This document shows positions 59,101 through 64,000 of a stretch of DNA of 64,000 bases, piece by piece (position 1 is the stretch's first letter; each line of letters begins with the position of its first letter). The stretch lies in the IMG/VR virus record IMGVR_UViG_3300042471_000812; one strand, written 5' to 3'. The notes beneath the pieces are model-generated. The model did no database searches and had not been told where the DNA came from. It saw only the letters and a program-made list of their open reading frames with translations. Origin of the DNA: an uncultured virus (IMG/VR IMGVR_UViG_3300042471_000812) (Duplodnaviria > Heunggongvirae > Uroviricota > Caudoviricetes). A program made the translations under genes and the position numbers.

Positions 59101-59618
59101 TTGACAGGGAGGTGTTTAATTATATTTCTGATGCTCAAATGATTAAGGGGATAAAGGATCAAGGCATAAAAGATATTCCTGAGAACTTAGATGACCTTAA
59201 TAAAGTTATCAATAAAGAGCAAACTCGTTTGTCGTTGAGACTTTTAGAAGAGTTTAAACCAAACTTTGTTTTCAAGCATCCGGCGTTAAAGAGTTATGCG
59301 CAGAGTGAGGATTCTTATGTTGGTTTAAACGCCGAAATGATTAACAAAATTGCTAAAGAGTATGACAGTTCTAGGAATAGGAGGTCATATCTTATTGCGT
59401 TGAAGTTTGTTGCTGGTGATGATTTTAAGAATATCGTTCAACAAATTGGGGCGCACGAAAGGGACTTGTCTGTTGTAGAAGGTATTACAGAAACTACGAG
59501 TGCAACTAAGTACAAGCGACTTTATCTTCGTCCTGATAATAGAAGCTCAAAGCCAATATCCTCCGAGTCTGCAATAAACAATTTGATACTGCTAAAATAT
59601 TTATTGACAAATGAGTAA
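50178..59618 (+). CDS. Giant polyvalent virion protein with ART-like and C5-cytosine MTase domains
   Basis: LYRG/FSAFST/EIEVLV at ~53860-54065; FFSGAG, SPVC, ENV, QNRER, RRLMGLP, LGNGV at ~54700-55600; LPD38-like PFLNAMIQG near the C-terminus. Confidence 0.8.
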   Translation: MSKEILKGIFEENIAPVREDITFEGWVDKIRDNEEYKVGLFENYVQPSMPEATFEEFNSNAFGSLGKVEAPLAGAQSEESFSPTESVSSEFEVGPPAGGTPPGVEPKGAPVAEAAALVGEVGSEGEPTIIGQELDPYTIVEEDDRNFFERLFGEERYRRVTERAVETIPALTRLFGKAAAKDVQEEINDLGRAMEADPEFVIKASQNGLFTTNNLATYLSQEAAGDKKGAEEINMFLEKGATGKTTQFERFKTLYAPIEKERNEAIQKELLSNRDYVALRGKIDAEFNSQRVGVDEKYDFKALMGEEFKVGEKELLGKYESATLALPMQLETKASELKFDYQTKVNNGQMGVNEANEGLKRDLDAYGAELQKQSDEALGEYNSGVSALAERVQKGVKDKPEFKAYMDELNDLRNGVVESFSGDYQKIQQAVFNNIAPKYNSKIESAITNSMKGETPLLNKSGVKGNIDKILGNRGWDYLPFDQKKAALDTMFGTALSKLKRSGVQINDGVVAGLRAEFDDAFMDRAYFTKKGTPSLFMVKTRAIEEAERLDEMLKEREAKTGTKTYTSGIYGSEFGVGGMGYDDTDVQELRLAREKLQEIIEMPETMSDNEWSNFWNGLTSGKVVDYLPFVSGLKNLSGTLALYRAVGKDTESARYLKNAEALNSTYKNMYEVNNMASDWYRAGRGTAESLPFMMEFAATAGIGSGVRIATEKVAVKLLGKQAETMVGKSFKVLAGTLVSSLAQTTLNPQRYVDETLKRMTPQMTIAFSPEGDDLVAMLDSSDAEGGFEAALKGFGVTASEYFSEGLGFAGARAMKALGSKMLQNEFLKKAYVGWYMSKFNLDTPTAFKKIAEMGGWNGFLMEFGEELVNIPLTNLITGDAKVMEGIIKDGEFDTENLADIARTLLPISLAGGSVSLGGLAINKIAPEGVTVTYRDINNLPTTETINKGVWDAVTEVMKSPSKVRDFIANELPKLKVDGKGRELVTSMLERSAIEFDRGVVGVGTRQVAEATSPLEVTFEPIPETGGAPKVEIIAKRRQKLNKDRTKLVPTGGFDYFAKVGDREVKLSDAEYKAYKDSGVLPESVSAVEATPKVEGEAVTPEAVSPEVPALRDVESTAEALEGVNNKNPQEIIDASKKIDKVEYIEEGEAREIIESYTHYKSGNSKSPATRWAGWFQSINAANKKFIVEDIQNDPKLRNAMLSLFFDVYKSELNFKGSFDDFLNTEITLYRGVTLADKKGVGQEGFSAFSTTKNRVSAYADEQAIGKGQVKEIKIKPIDTYGAVNYIGGGEIEVLVPTEFKNETIRQDFIRLLELNIGLFSEEQTELLEKYYDKEDYISGLAFIKSIISSKPKQLSEAYHKAKEDGSNPELVSAVEELLGKPTQTPEVAEGQPAEVISPEVAEVLSTEDTTRIALESLEVLPEGIESAEEGARIYHEAIGKEERTEAEDAVVMAVEDAVIGGAVVPEVETPEAVETAETVTPEEVSTEGVTPEVPGVVEAAEGQRQPSRVATFFSGAGTMEASLPNAQSVMAVEFNPAYVEAYNKAFGVEYEAKDVRDINPEEVIASKPDIFHASPVCKNFSAAKNKRTVLKSDMESADAVARVIREAQPPIVTIENVPDYQGTVPFETIVKALEDAGYTFDVGVYNSADFGGVQNRERLLIRAVKSGELPPIQEKTAPGDWYSAIEDLIEGAPDSKFESRSESENWEMTRIKDMVRKGKLDATKPIITMGGSASSGVAAAANAGGPAPTLLSTSRSVPRIILPDGTVKRVTPEMMRRLMGLPESYPIPSNPKIAKEVLGNGVDGAFTRALIDPLLNRAETQPSAEAQPSAEGLTSKEKAEQANKRAEEIAEKIRKNLRGRGGITGITPFSRAKRLAEVDRATLALIKDYIYQKVLAGAYTFKDFVEDMKENSKRIFGVQIEVANSDKSIFHSAQSRFEINDAFAQEILDLKDDFLFSIAAMSGRMNMNFQEFISSNSALVNGFVNRAESIYGLDDQAMMLVQEMYQDALRAAANRAESYTTLEDVKKFHETKEELLGLERDMERARINEEIKRRRNWLSRNFDKFQRAFITPVKNFNRAFGYRAGKFSDYRTSQERDVYSARKYRMGASTKAGNWYNAIHNKIYGGLSWFEKVELDKYLIYRRIVEVSEVRNQRAAEYKKLEAELAAGVTPVRKQEIKEAMAELEKAGMGEVKSGSIMVDGKKEEYTVALAEAFVNDINARNDALAIKIRNRAEMYTEANNELLKMRLDSGEISQEAYDSMQKRDYVRRLFVDLSNTTLDEANYSPVSKEIKAIKEGSEDAILEMDTQALLQINAQITFDSVAKNNFIKKVVGWSEAKQQDYLDKALEKFKDARARTERYLRSSPRPLTQDEIDRFIKEQTLFIPLSNDAKVPSGFTAQKYFVDGVEKRVAVRNDIANIFQTPSGRGINENSFAIKAISALLLTPVIKASAVFVNPAFAIGNFALDVIHASMVTRDLYKSFTFNLGTILAKATGYTAENIYRKAVKYGASLFGRTARDSKFERLVKDYFEHGGGMSGLSNPSSRMYSDKLSSSALRRSFGDAMDGIIAVLDVINSLQSGSELITRVIVYEAALDKNIAAYREKNGVDPVGEDLALMKMSAAASSADLIDFREGAEATKAFDQTLLPFLNAMIQGAKAEIDFASKNPLLAAARLAEFGGMALGAALYNANSGDEDEKEGIVGYNGITDYIKSNFFVMMMPWTKKNERGEIVRPFISIKLPAALKATNILVSGMVADQGAENTIGQMASALEGGYVPEIGSVSPTAQIFMALNYNRDAFRKGAPVYRGRADVLLTERFNAGETKAIYRDLFGAMYDLINEDGENEGVLGFDEAGPAQWQAAFEKAISSNNPYYLGITSTYATISSLYGKDNKKEVDALMDEKFAALNAFGSRVYREPNSSVQQKNMKDRKQVDFLRDQIGSWQKKNDDAIEFAAKTIRDINKLEGNSKNVKIDLFFDREVFNYISDAQMIKGIKDQGIKDIPENLDDLNKVINKEQTRLSLRLLEEFKPNFVFKHPALKSYAQSEDSYVGLNAEMINKIAKEYDSSRNRRSYLIALKFVAGDDFKNIVQQIGAHERDLSVVEGITETTSATKYKRLYLRPDNRSSKPISSESAINNLILLKYLLTNE

Positions 59619-60015
59619 CTACACCAAACCGAAATTAAGGGAGAGCATTAAGGATAGGGTAATGGCTTCTAGCAAGGGTGGCAAGCCTGGCCAGTGGTCA
59701 GCGCGGAAGGCACAGCTTTTATCTCAGGAGTATGAGAAGAAGGGTGGGGGGTATAGTGGCGGCAAGAGTGGTGCCCAGAAGAGTTTAAGTAAGTGGACTA
59801 AGGAGGAGTGGGGTACTAAGAGTGGCAAGCCTTCTACGCAGGGGCCGAAGGCTACTGGTGAGCGGTATTTACCAAAGGCAGCGCGTGAGGCGTTATCGCC
59901 GAAGGAGTATGCTGCCACTTCTGCCAAGAAGCGTAGTGATACTGCCAAGGGCAAGCAGTTTAGTAGTCAGCCCAAGAAAATAGCAACCAAAACAAGTAAA
60001 TATCGTGGAAAGTAA
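59611..60015 (+). CDS. Basic phage protein (DUF5872-like)
   Basis: GGKPGQWSARKAQ, SLSKWTKEEW, ERYLPK. Confidence 0.75.
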   Translation: MSNYTKPKLRESIKDRVMASSKGGKPGQWSARKAQLLSQEYEKKGGGYSGGKSGAQKSLSKWTKEEWGTKSGKPSTQGPKATGERYLPKAAREALSPKEYAATSAKKRSDTAKGKQFSSQPKKIATKTSKYRGK

Positions 60016-60178
60016 GTTCAAGAAATTGCAAAAGAGTGTAGCCAAGGGCTACGCCGAAAAGGGTAGTAAGAAAGCTATGGAGATTGGCGCTGCCGTTGCG
60101 TATAAGCAGGGTGTCAAGAAATATGGCAAGGAGGTTATGACTAAGAAATCCATTGCCGGAAAGAAGAAAAAAAAGTAG
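60005..60178 (+). CDS. Small Lys-rich protein (not in the ORF track)
   Basis: GTG start; ESKFKKLQKSVAKG...AGKKKKK*. Confidence 0.6.
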   Translation: MESKFKKLQKSVAKGYAEKGSKKAMEIGAAVAYKQGVKKYGKEVMTKKSIAGKKKKK

Positions 60179-60200
60179 TATCTTTGAAACAAAAATTGTT

Positions 60201-60299
60201 ATGAAAGCAACTACCAAGGGTGGTTCAACCACCAAAACAAAAGTTACCACTAGTGGTGGCTCTGGAAAGAAAGTAAAAGTAACCACTAAATCCTGTTAA
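60201..60299 (+). CDS. 32-aa Lys/Thr-rich peptide (not in the ORF track)
   Basis: MKATTKGGSTTKTKVTTSGGSGKKVKVTTKSC*, preceded by TATCTTTG at 60179. Confidence 0.55.
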   Translation: MKATTKGGSTTKTKVTTSGGSGKKVKVTTKSC

Positions 60300-60301
60300 T
60301 T

Positions 60302-60457
60302 ATGTACGGAATGAAGAAAGCTGGCGGTAGCAAAACCGCTAAAATGGGCAAAATGGCTGGCAAAATGGCTGGCATGGTTGCTGGTGCTAAGGCTGGCGCT
60401 AAGGCTGGCAAGGCTATGGGCAAAATGGCTGCTGCCAAGGTGTCTAAGAAAAAATGA
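60302..60457 (+). CDS. 51-aa Lys/Ala/Gly/Met-rich peptide (not in the ORF track)
   Basis: MYGMKKAGGSKTAKMGKMAGK...KVSKKK*; ATGA-coupled to the next gene. Confidence 0.6.
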   Translation: MYGMKKAGGSKTAKMGKMAGKMAGMVAGAKAGAKAGKAMGKMAAAKVSKKK

Positions 60458-60759
60458 AGAAAGACTCTCGAATAGAGCGTGCAGGTGTGGCTGGGTTTAA
60501 TAAACCTAAGGCCACACCTTCCCACCCTACTAAGAGCCATATTGTAGTGGCTAAGGAGGGTGATAAGGTAAAGACTTTGCGCTTTGGTCAACAGAATGTC
60601 AAGACCAACCAAACTGTCGGGCAGAGGGAGGCTTTCAAGTCTCGCCATGCCAAGAACATTGCGAAGGGCAAAATGAGTCCTGCGTATTGGGCAGATAAGG
60701 TAAAGTGGTCTAGTTCCAAGACAAAATCTCCATCTAAGAAATGGGTTAAGGGAAGCTAA
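60454..60759 (+). CDS. Basic phage protein
   Basis: GFNKPK, KTLRFGQ, FKSRH, SPAYWA motifs. Confidence 0.75.
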   Translation: MKKDSRIERAGVAGFNKPKATPSHPTKSHIVVAKEGDKVKTLRFGQQNVKTNQTVGQREAFKSRHAKNIAKGKMSPAYWADKVKWSSSKTKSPSKKWVKGS

Positions 60760-61298
60760 TGTTACAGATAAATTTCACCGCCAATCTTGCAGAGAATTGC
60801 AAGGACATCAACTTGGTAGATACTACTGGGGATTATGATGCTGTAAACAATCCGGAAGGGTGGGGGGCGCCGAATGCGTCCACCTCTAACATTTCCCAGT
60901 CAAACATATACATAACCCCTCCAAGTGGCATAAGCTACATCATAGGCGCCACAGCGTTACTAAACGATGAGCAGACTATCTTAGGCACTTCAATAGGCTA
61001 TACTACCAAGTTGCCTGATGGCTATTACGACATAAGGTATGAGGTCCAGGGCACGTTTGGTGGGAATAGTGGTGTGTTGAGTAGTGAGCGTAAGAACGTG
61101 TTGTTTTACGGCAATGTATTCTGTTGCATTGAGAAGATGAATGTTGAGGGGGATTGTTTGTGTGAAACCTCTGAGCTTGAAGATATGCTGCTGTTGTTTG
61201 AGGCTATGAAGGCCGCCGATGAGTGTTGCGATATTGTTTGTGCCAAAAAGATACTTAATGAATTAACCAGGCGTTGTGCCAAAAAATGTAATTGCTGA
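60759..61298 (+). CDS. Cys-rich virion protein
   Basis: DTTG.Y...NP.GWG, LPDGYY, C-terminal Cys cluster. Confidence 0.6.
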   Translation: MLQINFTANLAENCKDINLVDTTGDYDAVNNPEGWGAPNASTSNISQSNIYITPPSGISYIIGATALLNDEQTILGTSIGYTTKLPDGYYDIRYEVQGTFGGNSGVLSSERKNVLFYGNVFCCIEKMNVEGDCLCETSELEDMLLLFEAMKAADECCDIVCAKKILNELTRRCAKKCNC

Positions 61299-62101
61299 TG
61301 AGCTGTAATTGTCAAGATACTCCTTGTTCGTGTGTAGATGGGTTGAACTCGTTTACCACTTTAGCGGCTAGTTTCACTCAGCCAGGTGTTGGGTTAAATG
61401 TTACCGTTTCCACCACTAACCTCGGCCAGTTGAATAACCGGTGGGTGGGTGTTAATCAGATTTTATATGTTGTGGGTGGTGGTTACTACCAAGTGGTTAG
61501 TATCCCTAGCTTAGTATCTATCCAGCTTAAAAACTTGGGATATACTGGCAATGCTGCCCCTGCCGCTACGGTTGCTTCTGGGGGCAATGTGTCCCCAGGT
61601 GGGTTAGCTGGGGTTACCGGCCCTTCTGGGGTTAATGGCACTGTATTGTTGTTTAACGACCACACTCAGCAAACTGCGACTTCTAGTGCCACGTTATACA
61701 CTTACTCAATGCCCCAAGGCACGTTAGCGCCGAATGGATCACAGCTAGAGTTAGAATTTTACATAAACACTTCTGTCAGCCCAAACACAAGGAATATGCG
61801 TATTGGGATTGGGGCCACTACCTTTGTTTTCCAGAACTTAGGATTATCTTCAAGCACTTTCGTTCAGAGGGGCTATGCTACGGTTACGAGGCTCAGTGCA
61901 ACAACTGTTGCAATTTCTGTGAAGTCTGAGACATCTACTGTTTCCGGGAACTTAATCACTACGGAAAACTACTACACTACTTCTGCTGCTGTTACGAACT
62001 TGGATAGTGGTGGTGCCATTGCTATTACTTTGCAGAGTGTTATCTCTACTACGGGCACAATAACTGCCGAATACTTTACAATTAAAAGAAACTTGATATG
62101 A
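61298..62101 (+). CDS. Tail fibre/collar-associated protein
   Basis: Cys-rich N-terminus, short GxxGxxG segment, beta-rich C-terminus. Confidence 0.6.
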   Translation: MSCNCQDTPCSCVDGLNSFTTLAASFTQPGVGLNVTVSTTNLGQLNNRWVGVNQILYVVGGGYYQVVSIPSLVSIQLKNLGYTGNAAPAATVASGGNVSPGGLAGVTGPSGVNGTVLLFNDHTQQTATSSATLYTYSMPQGTLAPNGSQLELEFYINTSVSPNTRNMRIGIGATTFVFQNLGLSSSTFVQRGYATVTRLSATTVAISVKSETSTVSGNLITTENYYTTSAAVTNLDSGGAIAITLQSVISTTGTITAEYFTIKRNLI

Positions 62102-63753
62102 TAGTCCAGTCCTACAAAACGATTGCAATAGGTGTAGCCAATTTAACTTTGGAGGGGGCTTCTTCTGCTTCCACGTTAAACTTGGATGAGAATGACCTTT
62201 TGAAGTATTATGTAATGACTACTGCTGGGGTAAGTTTATCTTCTCCGCTAACGATTGCGTATGGTGGGGCAGGTACTCCTCCAACGGGAATGGTTGGAAT
62301 GTTTTTCTTCCCTGGGGGTGTTACCTTGGGGGCAAATACTTTCACGATATTTGGGTATGCGTTGAGTGCTACTGAGGCGTTGAAGGGCGCTGTGATTGCG
62401 GTGGTGTATAATGGTTCTGCTTTTAGTGTTTCTGTGTTACCGGCGGCAAATGCTACTGAGTGGATAGAAACTGGAGATATTGCTGCCTTGGCGGTTACTA
62501 ATGCCAAGATAGCGACTGGTATTGATGGAAGCAAGGTTTCGGTTGGTAGTATGCCTGCTGACAGGTTAGCTGCTGCGAGCATTACAAATGCTCAGTTGGC
62601 CACCATGCCGACCTTGACTATTAAGGGCAACAATACGGGGGGCGCTTCCACTCCCATTGACCTTACGGCAGCTCAGGTATGGGTGATGCTTGGGGGTCAA
62701 ATCTTTACTGCTGCTGCCGGCACGAGTAGTTTTGTGCAAAATGGTAGTGGTTCTACGGCTGCTGGCAATTATGCTGGGGCTGTTGGGCAGAGTAATGTTG
62801 CCAGTGGTCTTAATTCCTTTGCTCAGGGCAACGGAAACACCACGAGTGGGGCTAGGGCTTCGGCTAGTGGCAATGCCAACACAGCGAGTGGTTCTAACTC
62901 AAAGGCTGTGGGGGATAGCAACGTTGCTTCTGGGGTTAATTCTTTCGCTGGGGGTATAAGCTCTACGGCGAGTGGCACTCAGTCATTTGCGTATGGGGAG
63001 GGTGTTACTGCTAGTGGCAATAATTCTATTGCTTTAGGTGAAGATGTAACGGCTAGCCGGGAGGGTGAATTTGCCCGAAACAATGGGAACACTGTAACGC
63101 TCCGCAAGCATGCTATTAACTTATTGCAATCTGCCACTACGAATGCTACTCCAGCAATAATGTTTTTGGGGGATAGTGGTTTATCGTTTAACGTGCCCAC
63201 TAATTCTTCTGTTGCGTTTAGCGCTTTAGTAAACGCCGTTCAGGATAATACTGGTGGCGGTGGCGCCCCTGGAGATAGTGCAAGTTGGCATTTGACTGGC
63301 TTGGTTAAGAATGTGGGGGGTACTACTTCCCTTGTGAATGGTATTAACTTCGACACTACTTTGTCGCGTACTATTCGCGAAGCGGGAACGGCTCAGGCTG
63401 GTGCTGCTGGCACTATTACCTTGCAGGCTGGTGCTACTTCCATTACCAATGCGTTTGAGCGCTCCTACATTTACATCATTAGCGGTACCGGTTCTGGGCA
63501 GAATAGGGAGATTACTGCGTACAATGGCACTACGAAGGTTGCTACGGTATCTCCCAACTGGAGTGTTAACCCTGACAATACTTCTGTGTATCGTATTGTT
63601 ACCCAAGAGCATTATCAGTCCACCACTATTGGTTGGGACGTGAATGCTGTGGCAAACAATGCTACTGACACGTTGGATATAACGGTAACTGGTGAGGGGA
63701 GCAAGAACATTGTTTGGTATTGCCGGTTAGAAACCATTGAATTAGGGTTCTAA
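62098..63753 (+). CDS. Tail fibre with YadA-head-like 14-residue repeats
   Basis: Repeated ASG.NS.A.G.... Confidence 0.7.
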   Translation: MIVQSYKTIAIGVANLTLEGASSASTLNLDENDLLKYYVMTTAGVSLSSPLTIAYGGAGTPPTGMVGMFFFPGGVTLGANTFTIFGYALSATEALKGAVIAVVYNGSAFSVSVLPAANATEWIETGDIAALAVTNAKIATGIDGSKVSVGSMPADRLAAASITNAQLATMPTLTIKGNNTGGASTPIDLTAAQVWVMLGGQIFTAAAGTSSFVQNGSGSTAAGNYAGAVGQSNVASGLNSFAQGNGNTTSGARASASGNANTASGSNSKAVGDSNVASGVNSFAGGISSTASGTQSFAYGEGVTASGNNSIALGEDVTASREGEFARNNGNTVTLRKHAINLLQSATTNATPAIMFLGDSGLSFNVPTNSSVAFSALVNAVQDNTGGGGAPGDSASWHLTGLVKNVGGTTSLVNGINFDTTLSRTIREAGTAQAGAAGTITLQAGATSITNAFERSYIYIISGTGSGQNREITAYNGTTKVATVSPNWSVNPDNTSVYRIVTQEHYQSTTIGWDVNAVANNATDTLDITVTGEGSKNIVWYCRLETIELGF

Positions 63754-64000
63754 TGGAGCCATACAAGTATGTGTGTAAATACTTAGATGCTTTGCACTCA
63801 GGGAACTGGGAGAAGGCTGAGGAGTATTTGGCATGTGCTAGGAAGGGCATTGTTGTTGTTATTCCCGACCCGAATGTTATCGGCCCCAATGTTAGTTTGT
63901 ATGTAAATGTTTGCAGTTATTTAGATGCTTTGCATTCTGGGAAGTGGGAACTCGCCGAAAAGTATCTTGCTTGTGCGAGGGCTTCATATTTACTTTCAGG
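63753..64000 (+). CDS. Partial protein with an internal duplication
   Basis: VCKYLDALHSGNWEKAEEYLACAR and VCSYLDALHSGKWELAEKYLACAR; runs off the window. Confidence 0.65.
   Translation, partial: MEPYKYVCKYLDALHSGNWEKAEEYLACARKGIVVVIPDPNVIGPNVSLYVNVCSYLDALHSGKWELAEKYLACARASYLLS

Noticed and set aside
50178..59618. crAss-type virion RNA polymerase
   Set aside because: I found no DxDxD-type catalytic motif in an RNAP context; the recognisable domains are ART-like, C5-MTase and LPD38-like.
63753..64000. Possible DGR template/variable repeat pair
   Set aside because: The two copies are an in-frame protein duplication with differences not confined to adenines; no reverse transcriptase in the window.
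1..64000. Stop-codon reassignment as seen in some crAss-like phages
   Set aside because: Genes are long and densely packed under the standard code, and TAA, TAG and TGA all end genes; the terminase break is a frame change, not an in-frame stop.

Overview
The whole window is bacteriophage DNA, most likely from a podovirus infecting Bacteroidota (many TAnnTTTG -7 promoter elements, A-rich leaders without Shine-Dalgarno sites), with a crAss-like structural gene order. Bases ~1-24.8k are almost all minus-strand early/replication genes: lytic transglycosylase, VRR-NUC nuclease, BT4734-type primase, SNF2 helicase, two sliding-clamp paralogues, an SMC-like ATPase, a PD-(D/E)XK nuclease, RadC/JAB, and many small ORFs. 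This arm is interrupted by a TnpB-only IS200/IS605 element and a repeat-rich non-coding block at ~22.0-22.95k. From 25.3k the plus strand carries a serine recombinase, a split large terminase, portal, scaffold, capsid, accessory MTases, a PolA-like protein, tail ring/muzzle proteins, ejection proteins, a 3146-aa polyvalent protein (ART-like plus C5-MTase domains), small basic proteins and tail fibres. The most unusual signals are: (1) a genome-wide, roughly 15-fold over-represented heptamer CGCCGAA at which local strand composition tends to flip from G/T-rich to A/C-rich; (2) three integron-cassette-like units bounded by complementary GTT/AAC core sites, one with a full attC-like hairpin, all ending in a shared terminal motif; (3) an anticodon-less tRNA-like RNA. 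All product calls come from motif recognition by eye, and all counts are hand counts.
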